Below, one piece after another: positions 9,904 through 21,100 of a stretch of DNA of 64,000 nucleotides (positions are counted from its first letter, which is position 1; every line of letters begins with the position of its first letter). Made by a program: the position numbers and the translations under genes. The notes below the pieces were generated by a model. That model was not told the origin of the DNA, did not search any database, and saw only the letters and a list, made by a program, of their open reading frames with translations. Origin of the DNA: an uncultured Candidatus Actinomarina sp. (GTDB lineage Bacteria; Actinomycetota; Acidimicrobiia; Actinomarinales; Actinomarinaceae); NCBI GenBank assembly GCA_902622665.1, contig CACNQV010000001.1, positions 123,719-187,718 of the forward strand. The letters are read 5' to 3'.

Positions 9904-10650
9904 TTATAAATTGTAAGCCTGTACTGATTCCACGTATGAACATGTTTCACATTCTTCATTAAGGCTAGGTACAGACGTTTGGTCTAAAACTTTTTTAATT
10001 TCAATAATCTTTGGCTCTACCCAATCTGTTGATCCTTTATATTCCAAAACATAAGTTTTAAAATTCATAACATCATTAAATTTCTCCGCTGTTTTAATAC
10101 CATTTGAATATAAAAATACACTGTCATCAGAGACTTCAAATCCATTCATTCTAAATAACCACTGATAAATATCTATTTGTCTTTTGTACTGCTCCTTCCA
10201 TGGAGTACCATCATTTAAATCAATTCCACTTTGTGTAGATGTCGATTTGTATTCAACAATTACCAACTCATTTGTATCTGTGTCTATCCATACGTCATCA
10301 ATAGCTCCTGTAATTATTAAATCTGTTTTTTTATGATGATAAGCTATTCCTTTGAAGTTGTTTCTCCACTCCTCCATTTTTTCATGTTGGAAAGGAATTA
10401 AATTCTTGTTAAGACTTTCCATATAAGGATGTGTTTCAGCTTTTTCTCTATAAGTATCTAACTCTTTCTTCATTAATTCATCGTGGGCTGAATTTAATGA
10501 AAATCCTGGCATACCAATATCTTTAATGTTTCCAACTTTATTTAGGTAAAAACATCTCTGACATTTTATAAAACTGTCTATCCCGCTTCTACTTAACTTA
10601 AAAGTTTTTCCAGATTCGTATTTATATGTATTATTTTTTCTAAAAGCCAT
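9904..10650 (-). CDS. PD-(D/E)XK nuclease with 4-Cys cluster (Cas4/RecB-like), orphan
   Basis: N-terminal CQRC and C-terminal CETCSY cysteines bracket a D..(V)IVEYKS PD-(D/E)XK core (DDVWIDTDTNELVIVEYKST). No CRISPR array or cas genes nearby. Confidence 0.55.
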   Translation of the reverse strand: MAFRKNNTYKYESGKTFKLSRSGIDSFIKCQRCFYLNKVGNIKDIGMPGFSLNSAHDELMKKELDTYREKAETHPYMESLNKNLIPFQHEKMEEWRNNFKGIAYHHKKTDLIITGAIDDVWIDTDTNELVIVEYKSTSTQSGIDLNDGTPWKEQYKRQIDIYQWLFRMNGFEVSDDSVFLYSNGIKTAEKFNDVMNFKTYVLEYKGSTDWVEPKIIEIKKVLDQTSVPSLNEECETCSYVESVQAYNL

Positions 10651-10736
10651 TTCTTCTGTTAATTATAGTCTTTTAGATCTTAGAGTTATAAATCGTTAAT
10701 AAACGTATCCTGAAAACTCTGTTCTTGAATTAAATC

Positions 10737-12194
10737 CTACTTGTCTTTTGATTGATTTAATTTGTAAGGATTGGGTGAGGGTGGACACCCAGGAGGACAT
10801 TTAGGCTGAACTGTTCTTGTCTGGCCTGGAACAATAACTGATGTTCCAGCTTCAACAAAGGCCAAAGACCAACCCCAATTTTCTGGATCATCAATAATTA
10901 GCTGTGTATTTGAATTAAAACTAAATCCTTCGTAGTACTCATACATATAGCCCATACCTTTTGGTTTATTTAAAAAAGGGACCTCACGTTTTTTTCCATC
11001 ATTTTCTGTAAAAATAAACTTTAAAGTTACAGGTGAGCCATTAGTTACAATAATAAAGTCAACTTTTGAATTGTTAGAAAATGGTAAATCAAGTGTTGTA
11101 GTGCCGTGTCCATGTTGATTAAATATATAATTTTCTGTTTTAAATCCAAGTTCTGTTGATAGTATCTCTTGTTTTGGGTCCAGGCTTGCGTCTCTCTCAT
11201 CACCATAAAAAACTACGTCTAAGTACTCTCCACCAAATGGATGTTCTGCTGGTCCGACATACCAACCCATTGAATCTGGTAGTCCTCTTGCCCTAGACCA
11301 GTCATTACCATAGCTTGAACTTTCCCAACCCTCTCTTGGATTTCTGTATAAATATGAGAACTGTTTAACAACTTCTTCAGTAAAAATTGCTGGTGCCATT
11401 TCTTGTTCTCTATTTGAACCTACTTTTTCCATTACTGAAAAAGCAATATGACTCGAAGACTGCATAGTACCAACCATCTCTTCCTGTGTCGGAACATACA
11501 TATATCCTAAAATGTCACCTTTTTTAACAACTTGACCATTTTCTACAAGAAGATAGTCTTTGAAAAAGGTTTCATTGTCTTTAATAACATATCCCTCCAT
11601 CTGATACAAAAAGCTAACAACATTGCCGTTGTTTTGTGCAAATTGTAATTTGAACGCATAAGAAGAATGCCACCATGGTGGATCTGAATCCGAATGATCT
11701 ACAACGTTATAATAAGAACCTTCTCCTTGTGCCATCTGGATAATTCCATCTGCTACTGCATAGAGTGGTGGATAATCTGATGCTTTGGTTGCCTCTCTCC
11801 ACCTTGGATCTGTATTTGAGAAATATACTTGAGCGTCATTATGAGGTCTTGGTGAGCGTTTTCCTACGTAAGGATGTCCAGCAATAATATCTTCAAAATC
11901 AACAAAGAACCTATTGCTTTTGTTGGTCATAAACTCTTTTATGTCTGGAAGCGTTTGTAGTGTTAATCCACTGTTTTGACTCTGATTACTAGATTGCTGA
12001 TTAGAGGAGGAGCTAGATTGCTTAGTAGCGTTTTGCTGATTAGATTGTTCTTCACTCTTTTGATCACTACTTTCTTGTGGTTGTTGCTCTTGCTGTGGTT
12101 GAGTAAGTCTTGAATCTGTTGCGCCGCCACAAAACGAAATCAATAGAAAAAGAATTATAACTCTCTTCATATAAATTAGTTTAGTAAACATCAA
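10737..12194 (-). CDS. secreted hypothetical protein with Q/S-rich low-complexity linker
   Basis: Signal peptide (VIILFLLISFCGG); QQEQQPQESSDQKSEEQSNQQ... low-complexity region; C-terminal CPPGCPPSPNP. Confidence 0.55.
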   Translation of the reverse strand: MMFTKLIYMKRVIILFLLISFCGGATDSRLTQPQQEQQPQESSDQKSEEQSNQQNATKQSSSSSNQQSSNQSQNSGLTLQTLPDIKEFMTNKSNRFFVDFEDIIAGHPYVGKRSPRPHNDAQVYFSNTDPRWREATKASDYPPLYAVADGIIQMAQGEGSYYNVVDHSDSDPPWWHSSYAFKLQFAQNNGNVVSFLYQMEGYVIKDNETFFKDYLLVENGQVVKKGDILGYMYVPTQEEMVGTMQSSSHIAFSVMEKVGSNREQEMAPAIFTEEVVKQFSYLYRNPREGWESSSYGNDWSRARGLPDSMGWYVGPAEHPFGGEYLDVVFYGDERDASLDPKQEILSTELGFKTENYIFNQHGHGTTTLDLPFSNNSKVDFIIVTNGSPVTLKFIFTENDGKKREVPFLNKPKGMGYMYEYYEGFSFNSNTQLIIDDPENWGWSLAFVEAGTSVIVPGQTRTVQPKCPPGCPPSPNPYKLNQSKDK

Positions 12195-12264
12195 AAAAGC
12201 TTTTGTTTTTTAATTCGTCAAATTTAACTTTTTGGAGTTTTGGCAGTGTCAAAACTGTTTCTAA

Positions 12265-14094
12265 TTATATTTTAGGTTGGAACTCATAAAGAGGTATAGC
12301 AACGATGTAGGGGTTGGCTGTATTCTCTGGAGCATCTTTTAAGATCAAGTAACTATCAGTACAGATTCTACAATCCCATAAAATTGTATAAAGAGTATCT
12401 TCTGTAAAGAAGATATCGCCAATCAAATAATCTTCACTAAATAAGTAATCCTCAACTATGTATCCATCAGGGTTCATTTCATTACTCACCTGTACATACT
12501 CAAGAACTAGTTCCTCCATTCGTTCTTTTGTAATTACATAGTTGTCTTCAATATTTTCAAACTCACAAGTTTCCAAGTTCATTGTGTATGAATTTGTGTA
12601 AGGGTACCTCAAAGTTCCTCCACCATCATCATATCTCCACTCTAAAATCGTTATGTAATCTTGAGGGCCATTAACAAACAATTGGGGAACATAATAATTT
12701 AGCCATTGTTGACCTCGCCCTCTTGGGGATGGATTTCCGTAGTAATCTGCAAGTTCAAAATATGAATTGTTGATTTCTGTAATTTTTTGATTTAACTCTT
12801 CATCGCATCTAATGCTGTATTCTTTAAACTCAATGGCTTCAAAAATATTTGGATTCTCCCACTGATAAGTTGCTGTATTATCGCATTCTTCTTGAGAAAA
12901 ACCATCATCTAAACACCACTGTTGTACTAATTCGTCATATACATATTCTGGTGCATCCCACCAAGTTTCTTTATAAAGATATTCACCAGATTCAAGACCA
13001 ACAGTTTGGGAATAGCTATCAAAGTATCTACCTTCTTCATAATTATTATTTCTAACGAAATCGTAATAATCATAAAGACCATAATGCACTGTTGAAAGAC
13101 CCTTATATTCCCATTCTTTCTCAAACTCTGTGTAATAGTAAGAATCAAATTTACTTAGTGTAAAAAGAAGAGAGGCATATTTACCAGTTCTAATTAGTAC
13201 ATCCTGCAGCTGATTCCAAGGAAGCAGAATTAACTCCATACCCTCAGCATATGATGAAGCACCGTATGGAGCATATTGATAATAAAGTCCGAGACTAGAT
13301 ATGTTGAACACACCTCTAAAGCTTGATGTAAATACTTCATCATCTTCTAGTGTTATGAAAGGGTCACTACCTAGACAATCATCAACTGAAACTTCTGGAG
13401 CACAAAGTTGTAAGCTCATTTCTTGAGTAACTCTTACGCTATTTTCTTTTGTAGATAAATCTAATATGTCAGTTGGAATATCAATTTTGCTGCAGTCATA
13501 TAGTAAATAATTTAATGAATATGGCTCTGTATATCCGTGAGCTGCTCCAGAACTATATGTATAAAAATAAAATAATATGGAGACTATTTCCTCAGTAATT
13601 TCTATTACATCATAATTTATATGAAGTATTTCTCTCCAAAAACCAACATCTTCTTCTTCAAATATTTGTGGATTCGTATATTCAAGAACTGATTTTTTAT
13701 CTTCAATCTGAATGTCAATTACTCTTAAAATTTCTTCTTCAATTATTTCACTACAGGCAAAACTGCTATCCAATTTTGGATAATTGATTTTATAATCATA
13801 ATCTTCAGACCACTCATGAACAGGGTTGACAGTTGCATTGGAATAATATGAATTGTATTTATATATTGTCGGAATATATTTGGTAGGTGTTGTCCTTATA
13901 ACACCTCTTCTGGGGCTTCTGTCAATGTCAATTTTCTTAGCTCTTTCTTCACTTGGCTGAACAAAAACAGTTGTTGAAGTTGTTGTAGTTTCACTTGTAG
14001 AGATAAGAGTATTTGTAGTTTCAAAATCACTTTCGACTGAGGTGCAATAAACAATAAGAAACAAGATCAGTAATAATGAAGTGTTATTTTTCAT
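12265..14094 (-). CDS. large secreted hypothetical protein (609 aa), Cys/Tyr-rich
   Basis: N-terminal signal peptide; T/S-rich stretch; many Tyr and Cys; no recognisable catalytic motif. Confidence 0.55.
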   Translation of the reverse strand: MKNNTSLLLILFLIVYCTSVESDFETTNTLISTSETTTTSTTVFVQPSEERAKKIDIDRSPRRGVIRTTPTKYIPTIYKYNSYYSNATVNPVHEWSEDYDYKINYPKLDSSFACSEIIEEEILRVIDIQIEDKKSVLEYTNPQIFEEEDVGFWREILHINYDVIEITEEIVSILFYFYTYSSGAAHGYTEPYSLNYLLYDCSKIDIPTDILDLSTKENSVRVTQEMSLQLCAPEVSVDDCLGSDPFITLEDDEVFTSSFRGVFNISSLGLYYQYAPYGASSYAEGMELILLPWNQLQDVLIRTGKYASLLFTLSKFDSYYYTEFEKEWEYKGLSTVHYGLYDYYDFVRNNNYEEGRYFDSYSQTVGLESGEYLYKETWWDAPEYVYDELVQQWCLDDGFSQEECDNTATYQWENPNIFEAIEFKEYSIRCDEELNQKITEINNSYFELADYYGNPSPRGRGQQWLNYYVPQLFVNGPQDYITILEWRYDDGGGTLRYPYTNSYTMNLETCEFENIEDNYVITKERMEELVLEYVQVSNEMNPDGYIVEDYLFSEDYLIGDIFFTEDTLYTILWDCRICTDSYLILKDAPENTANPYIVAIPLYEFQPKI

Positions 14095-14281
14095 ATTTAT
14101 ATATTAAACAAATATAGTGTCAAAATTTTTAAATCATATTTCAATATCGTCATATTCTAAAATACAAAAAATCTATAAAGCATTAGCTAGCAAAGAACGT
14201 TTCCTAAAAATACTTTCAAAAGACTATTTTTAAAACATTCGAAAACAAAAAAAGTCACTCAGAACAAAAAAGATTATTCGA

Positions 14282-15301
14282 TTAAAAAATAATTTTTTTT
14301 AAATTGTAGTCATCTTCAATATTTTTAAGTTCAAATGTAGAAATTAGAAGTTCGCCAATCTTTCCTCTGCCATCTCTTTTACTGTTAATAGACTTAGAAA
14401 CTAGGACCTCGTAAGCAAATAGCTCTTCATTTTGTAAAAATATCTCTCTTGCTAGTTCATTATTATTATTTGAAAGAATTACATTATTTCCATCTTCTGT
14501 TAACTTTAGAAATATTTTTCCTAGTTCCAAATGGTCTTTATATTTAAACCCTTGTGAACTGTAGTCAGTAAAATTTGATGTGTCTGAATTGGGTATATAA
14601 GGAGGATCTAAGTAAATAATGCTGTTTTTCTTTTCAATATTTTTGATAGTTTCTCTATATGAACTACATGTTATTTTCGCATTTGATAAATAAAGGCTTG
14701 CATTAGCAAGATTGTGTTTATCAATAATATTAACTTTTTTGTAGCTTCCAATCGGAACATTAAATTTATTATTACTATTTACCCTAAACATTCCGTTGAA
14801 ACATAACTTGTTAATTGCCTGCATCAAAACAGCAGATCTGATTTTTTGCTTTTTAGTTTTTGGTTTTGTTTGAATATACTCTACTTTTTCTTTTTTAAAT
14901 TCCTCTAGGTATGAAACTATTTTTTCTTTTACCCAAATCGAATTAAACTCCTCAACTAGGACTTTGTACTCATCAACAGGCCTCTTTTTTTTAGATAGTA
15001 ATTTATTGAACTTAACCTCTATTTCCTCACACTGTTCAATAAAACTTCCAAGATTCTTACTATCAGAAATAATCTCATAATAAGAAACAAGCTGGGGTAT
15101 AGCATCATTCAAATAAGCCGAATCAATTAATTCTAAATCTTTTAAGTGAAAGAAAATTGAACCTCCACCAAAAAATGGTTCATAGTAATCAAAAGTTTGA
15201 TTGTTTTCATTTTGGAGTAAAGAGAAAGCATCTGATATTAGATTTTTTAGTTTTGTCTTGCCTCCAACCCACTTAAGTGTTGGTTTAGTAATATTACTCA
15301 T
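14282..15301 (-). CDS. dam: Dam-family N6-adenine DNA methyltransferase
   Basis: MSNITKPTLKWVGGKTKL aligns to the Dam N-terminus (LKWAGGK); DPPY motif (YLDPPYIPNS). The track ORF runs to 15358, but a Dam-like start at the internal Met (15301) is more likely. Confidence 0.85.
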   Translation of the reverse strand: MSNITKPTLKWVGGKTKLKNLISDAFSLLQNENNQTFDYYEPFFGGGSIFFHLKDLELIDSAYLNDAIPQLVSYYEIISDSKNLGSFIEQCEEIEVKFNKLLSKKKRPVDEYKVLVEEFNSIWVKEKIVSYLEEFKKEKVEYIQTKPKTKKQKIRSAVLMQAINKLCFNGMFRVNSNNKFNVPIGSYKKVNIIDKHNLANASLYLSNAKITCSSYRETIKNIEKKNSIIYLDPPYIPNSDTSNFTDYSSQGFKYKDHLELGKIFLKLTEDGNNVILSNNNNELAREIFLQNEELFAYEVLVSKSINSKRDGRGKIGELLISTFELKNIEDDYNLKKIIF

Positions 15302-15356
15302 TGTATTAACACATATTACTAGACAGATAAGACTGAAATATTTAAAATGGGAAAAC

Positions 15357-15809
15357 ATGCTCAGTGATTATAAATCTGAAATGATTGCTATTTTTGAAAA
15401 TAATAGCTATAAATTACAGCCTATCAAAACTGAATTTGATACAAGTTTGATGATTAATCACATTACTAGAAGAACTCCCAAGCAAAATATCTATATAGCA
15501 ATTAAAGAGACCCAAGAACAGCCTAGATTAATGACAAGCAAAGCTGAATATTGCATAAGGTACATGGGGCAAGAAAGTCCCTCAGGTACAGCTTGGATGA
15601 AAATTGATCTATACGCCAAAGAGCTCAGTCACTGGGTACATAATATCGATTCTATTGACAAAGCTATCTTGTATTTGGGTGGAGATTTTTGGCAAGAAAT
15701 AAACATAAAAAACTATTGGAATAAGCTTGTAGAAAATTTGTCACTTCCTAGTGCTAATTTAAATATTGTTGATAGTGATGGCTTAGTTAACTTATTGGAG
15801 AATAAATGA
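15357..15809 (+). CDS. hypothetical protein, first gene of the GHKL/SNF2 operon
   Basis: In-frame ATG at 15357 (MLSDYKSEM...) avoids overlap with the divergent dam gene. Its stop overlaps the next gene's start by 4 nt. Confidence 0.4.
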   Translation: MLSDYKSEMIAIFENNSYKLQPIKTEFDTSLMINHITRRTPKQNIYIAIKETQEQPRLMTSKAEYCIRYMGQESPSGTAWMKIDLYAKELSHWVHNIDSIDKAILYLGGDFWQEINIKNYWNKLVENLSLPSANLNIVDSDGLVNLLENK

Positions 15810-17464
15810 CCCAATTTCAAATTCAGTTAGGTAATTCTTTTTTCAAATCTCTTGGTGCTGAAGACATGGAGCCATTGCTAGCAATAAACGAAATCATTGC
15901 TAACTCAATTGACTCGTGGATTGAAGAATATTGTGGTAAAAAAACAAAACGACCAAAACTATCGATAGATATCAAAATGTCAGCAAAAGAAATAACTATT
16001 CAAGATAATGCTGGAGGAATGGAACCAGAAGAGTTAAAAAATGCAATGGGACTTGCAAAAGTACAAAAAGAGCTCAGTGATTGTGCTGATGATTTAATGG
16101 GGATGTATGGATTTGGTCTTAAAGCTGCAACTGCAAATCTTGGAGGACATTTTGAAGTAGTTTCTAAAAGAAAAAATAAAGAACTCTGCCATGTGGTAAT
16201 GCCTATCGAAAAAATGGCCGAGGCAGTTCTTGAAGGAAAATCAGGAATGCTCAGTGATATTGAAGAAAGTGGGTATAACAAAAAAACAAAAATTAAAGAT
16301 GTAGAAAAATTATTTAAACCTGCAAATACAAAGTCTGGAACATTAGTTTATATTTCACAAATAAAAAGAACAAACTTTAATCCTGAGTCAATAATGAACG
16401 AATTGTGCTACGCATGGCATTTTTTCACTCAAGAAAATCATCTGGGGCCTCCTGTAGAGATAAAGTTCAACGGAGTAAAAATAGGCGAACCAGATTGGGG
16501 CAAAGAACAGGGTGGGCAAATTCCATATAGCTCCATAGATTTTGAGTTTCCATTTTCTTGGAGAGAAAAAACAAAAACAATTGATACTAAAATTCAATTT
16601 TCGATATGGCTTAATTTTAAAGGTGGACAATATCAAGCAGGTGGACTGTCTTTATATAGAAAACTTCAAATGGTTTCATATAGGGATCAGGAAATTGGTA
16701 AATGGTGGAGTAACGAATCTGCTGTTATAGAGGGGTATTTGAGCACAAGTTATTTAACACCTAACCAGCGTAAAGACGATTTAGATAGAACCACAAGGTT
16801 TTACAAAGAATTTAACAAAGCAATAGAACCTCTCATGAAGGGTGCTAGCAAGTTGGTTAGTTCATCAAGTGGATACTCAACTCTAGAAATGGCTAAAGAT
16901 GATTTTGAGAGGAACAAATTCCTAGCATTAAAGTGGCATAAATATTTCAATGAACATCCACTAATAAACGTAAGTTCAAAATTTCCAAAAGAACTTGAAA
17001 AATTTTTAAAAGACGAAAAAGATATTCCAGTTGGTCCTGATGAGCCTGGTCCAGAAGAACCAGGTGGTCCTGATGAGCCTGGTCCAGAGGAACCAGGTGG
17101 TCCAGAGAATCCGGTTGTTGAAATTTTTGAGCCTATCGATGAAAACTCTTTTAATTTTCATGGTGAAACATATCAACTCCTTATACTCAAAGACAAGACT
17201 GATGGAAGTAGTTATGACTGGAAAAAAACGGGAGAACAAATTGAAATATTTATTGATGATGAAATAGACGGCATAAATAAAGAAATGGAAGGTATGCTGA
17301 AAAAAATGACAGATGATCCTGGAACAGGTAAATGGGAAAAATTATCTTTAAATTTAATAAAAGAACACGTAATTCATCAATTTTTACTTAATGAAAATAT
17401 ACAAAATGCGCGAGCGTTTGCATTTGCAAAATCTTGGATTGAGAATATTTATAAAAATGAATAA
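15806..17464 (+). CDS. GHKL (Bergerat-fold) ATPase, MORC/MutL-like
   Basis: N-box EIIANSIDSW, G1 box QDNAGGM, G2 box GMYGFGLKAA; 552 aa; internal tandem repeat PDEPGPEEPGG x2. Confidence 0.7.
   Translation: MTQFQIQLGNSFFKSLGAEDMEPLLAINEIIANSIDSWIEEYCGKKTKRPKLSIDIKMSAKEITIQDNAGGMEPEELKNAMGLAKVQKELSDCADDLMGMYGFGLKAATANLGGHFEVVSKRKNKELCHVVMPIEKMAEAVLEGKSGMLSDIEESGYNKKTKIKDVEKLFKPANTKSGTLVYISQIKRTNFNPESIMNELCYAWHFFTQENHLGPPVEIKFNGVKIGEPDWGKEQGGQIPYSSIDFEFPFSWREKTKTIDTKIQFSIWLNFKGGQYQAGGLSLYRKLQMVSYRDQEIGKWWSNESAVIEGYLSTSYLTPNQRKDDLDRTTRFYKEFNKAIEPLMKGASKLVSSSSGYSTLEMAKDDFERNKFLALKWHKYFNEHPLINVSSKFPKELEKFLKDEKDIPVGPDEPGPEEPGGPDEPGPEEPGGPENPVVEIFEPIDENSFNFHGETYQLLILKDKTDGSSYDWKKTGEQIEIFIDDEIDGINKEMEGMLKKMTDDPGTGKWEKLSLNLIKEHVIHQFLLNENIQNARAFAFAKSWIENIYKNE
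17032..17104. repeat. 33-bp tandem repeat (x2 + partial) in the GHKL ATPase gene encoding PDEPGPEEPGG
   Basis: ggtcctgatgagcctggtccaga(a/g)gaaccaggt repeated directly. Confidence 0.8.
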
Positions 17465-18134
17465 AAAATTTAAACAAGCTTGGGAAGCACTATTAATATT
17501 AGAAAAATCTGAAAATCAAGAGTTAGCTGATTATGAAGATCAGCTACTTGATATATTAAATAGCCTATTTAACCACTGGCCTGAAAATGTTGATGATTTA
17601 ACTTTAGCTGACGAACTCAATACAACTGTTGCTAAAATTACCGCTTTAAAGTTTTTAAGTTCTATAGAAGAAGATGAATTAATCCCAGTTCTTAAAAAGT
17701 ACAGAAACACTTCGCTTTTATATGAAATATTAAAAATACCCGAGCAACCAAGAGGTGTTTTTTTAAATAGAGCAGGAAGAGTCAGGCATAATATTTCTAT
17801 GTTAGTAAAAATGGCCAATGATATGTTTAATGGTTTAACTGAAATTGAAAAAAATGAGAATTCTAATCCTTGGATGAAAAAAATTAGTGTTATAGATAAA
17901 AGTATCTGGGGAGATATAGCTAATGAAGCACAGGACTGGGGTATTAAAGAGCAGGATATTAAGAAAGTTGAGAAATTTAAAACAGGTAGAAAAAAAACAA
18001 TGCAGGATTGGGAATGGTTAAAAGATTTTGTAGAAATCCAGATAAATAAGAAAAATATTGCACCAAAAAATATACACGGAGAGCCTATGAATCATCACAA
18101 AGTTTTAATTGAAACATGGAAAAGAATAATCTAA
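17457..18134 (+). CDS. hypothetical protein (operon member, ~225 aa)
   Basis: Start MNKKFKQAWE overlaps the GHKL stop (8 nt); it ends 1 nt before the TTG start of the PLD-SNF2 gene. Confidence 0.45.
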   Translation: MNKKFKQAWEALLILEKSENQELADYEDQLLDILNSLFNHWPENVDDLTLADELNTTVAKITALKFLSSIEEDELIPVLKKYRNTSLLYEILKIPEQPRGVFLNRAGRVRHNISMLVKMANDMFNGLTEIEKNENSNPWMKKISVIDKSIWGDIANEAQDWGIKEQDIKKVEKFKTGRKKTMQDWEWLKDFVEIQINKKNIAPKNIHGEPMNHHKVLIETWKRII

Positions 18135-18135
18135 A

Positions 18136-21100
18136 TTGTCCTATAAAGATTTACGCTTAAGAAAAACAGTCGAAGGTAGTGGAAAGCTACTTAATAATGT
18201 AATAAAACCTGCACTTAAAGAAAACACAAAAACATTTAAAGCTCTTACTGCCTATTACAGTATCGGCTCACTAGAGGCAATAGGTAAAACGCTCGATTAT
18301 TTTCTAAGTAATGACGGGGTAATTCAAATTGTTATTGGAGATCAAATAGATGACGAGAGGACACTTAAAGGGGCTAGTGAAAAACTTCAAAAAGAAGAAA
18401 TTGAAATTTTTCAAAAAAAATTACAGGAAGATGTTGAACTTGTAAGAAATAAAAATTCAAGGTTTACAATTGCGACAATTGCATATTTGATTTTAGATGA
18501 AAAATTACAGCTTAAAGTGGCTAATTATAAAAATGGTGAGCTATGGCATCCTAAAATGTACCTACTTGAAGATAAAGACGGAAATAAAATAGCAGCATCT
18601 GGATCTGGAAATATGTCAGAAAGCGGTTTTGAAAAAAACTATGAAATACATGATATTTTTACTAATTGGGACTTCGGAACCGAGTACTTTTCATCAGAAG
18701 ATCCATCCGAACCAACAAAGGAAGAAATATTTTGGAGAATTTGGAATAATAACGATGAAAATACAGAGGTAAAAGAACTTGATAGAGAATACGCTCAAAA
18801 GCTATTAGAGAGAATTGGCAATCCATCAAAAGAAGATGTTGTTAAACACGTAGAACAAAAATTAAAAGATAACCAGAATGAAAATTTATTAGACTTTAAA
18901 AAAGATTTACAAACTTCTCCAATTTTTCATGAGTTCAATTTAGGTAAATCAGCACTATATCCACATCAAATAAATGCAGTACAAAAAGCATTAAAAATGT
19001 GGCCAATTAGGATTCTCTTTTCTGATGAAGTTGGATTAGGTAAGACTTTAGAATTAGGAACACTTATAGCTTACCTAATTAAAAACAATTTAGTAGATAA
19101 TGTTTTAGTCTTGGCACCACCACCATTGACTGAACAATGGCAGGATGAAATGAAACTACATTTTGAACTAGACTTTGCAAGATATGACAGAACAAAAAAA
19201 AGTTGGGTTTATAAAGATGAAGAATTTCCAAGCATTAAAGAAAATACTCCTTTAAGATATAGCGATAATTTTCCTTCTTTAGCAATAATGTCTAAATCTA
19301 TGGCAGTTCGTTCAAATGAGCAACATATCTTCTTAGAAAATGATTCTTATCCTGACTTTTTAGTAATTGATGAAGCTCATCATGCCAGAATGCATAGAGG
19401 TTACGATGGTTCAGCAAAAAAAACGAATTTTAGAAAAGTTGTGGAACAAATCTCTAATGAAATCAAACACATGGCGTTTGCGACAGCAACACCAATGAGA
19501 AAAAATATAGATGAATACTTCTTCTTATTAGATCTATTGGGTGTGGAAGAGTTGATAAGTGAGGAAGATTATGAAAAATCTCTTTCTATAATAAATGACT
19601 TCTACACGGATGGGAATAATAAATTTAATTTAAATGACCTTTCCTTAGTCAAAGATTTATTAATTAAAATAATTGAAAAATCAGAGGATCGTTTTTTTCA
19701 TAATTCTCCAGAAATTAACAGCCTTGTAAACGAACTTAAAAACGGTAAAGATGACAATGCGTGGCTTTTTGAGAATAGTAAAAAATTAATTGAGTTTCAT
19801 ACAATTTATCATCCAACAAGAATTTTGACATCAAGAAATGTTCAAGAAAATCTAAACAAGTTTTCCGAAATTTATAAAATACCTAAAAGAACTCTTAGAC
19901 CATCTCCAATTCTTCCAATTGATATTTCAAATGAGCTTAATGATTTCTTTTTTAGCATTATGGAGTATGTAGATAAATTTTATCAAATAACTGAGCTTGC
20001 TATTACACCTGATAAACAATTACCTCTTGGCCTTAGAAGGCATTCTTTACAAGAGAGATTCGCTTCAAGTTTTTGGTCAGCAAAAAAGAGTATCGCAAAC
20101 AGAAGAGAACATCTTATAAATTCGCTGGAAGAATTTAAAGAGAATAAAATTTCAAAAGAATTTTTTGAGAATTCTGATGAAAATGTTGACGAAGATACAA
20201 TAATTTCTGATTTAACAAAAAGTGAATTAGTCAGTGTTGACTGGGAAAACGTAATAAAGAATTGTGAGTCAGAGATAAGAGCATTAAATGCCTATGTTGA
20301 CTTGGCAGAAATAGTTATCAATAGCACTCCTGAAGATATTGATCCTGACCCTAAAATAAATGAAACTGTCAGGTTATTCTCTGAACACATAGAAAAAAAT
20401 CCTGGAAAACCATTATTAATTTTCTCTAAATATACAGATACTTTAAATGAAGTTGAACGAGCTGTCATTTCTTACTGTGAAAACAACGATATCCCTGTGG
20501 GATATGCTAGTTACAGGGGTGACTATCGAAGAATTAAGTACGCAAATGACCGTGAACATAGAAAAGCTGAAAAAAGAGATATTACAAGAGCTCTTAATAA
20601 CGGACGAGTTCAAGTAATATTTTGTAGCTCAGCTGCCAGTGAGGGGCTGAATTTGCAAGCAGCTTCTTACATGATCAATGTAGATGTGCCTTGGGTTCCT
20701 AGTGATCTTGAACAGAGAATTGGAAGAATTGCAAGGCTAGGTCAGAAAGAAGATGAGGTATTGATTGATAATATTTGGTACCCATTCAGTATTGAAAGCA
20801 ATATGTATAAAAGACTTATTGATCGCCAGAGAGATATGTCATTTGCAATTGGACAATTTCCAGACTTGATTGCAGAGGCGATTAAAAATTTTGTAGACGA
20901 TAAAGATGCAAAAAAAATTGAAAAAACGATTGATGAAATTAATAAAAAGAAAAATAGCTATGAAATGAGAGTGTTAAATGAGCTATGGATCCAGGATGGG
21001 AATGAACCCCTTCATCCTTGGGGGAACGTATTTAGAAAAGAAATCCTCGAAATTATGCAAAAATTAGATTTAAATACCGAAAGTATTGATTCGAACTCAG

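Noticed and set aside
10737-12194. M23/LytM peptidase call for the secreted 485-aa protein (GDILGYM and SSSHIAFS segments)
   Set aside because: Only one His is present in the putative HxH position and no HxxxD motif was found, so this is insufficient for a peptidase call.
15201-15356. Upstream extension of the plus-strand ORF (track start 15201) overlapping the dam N-terminus
   Set aside because: The in-frame ATG at 15357 gives a non-overlapping gene, and the Dam alignment begins at the internal Met (15301). The extension is more likely read-through of the divergent promoter region.
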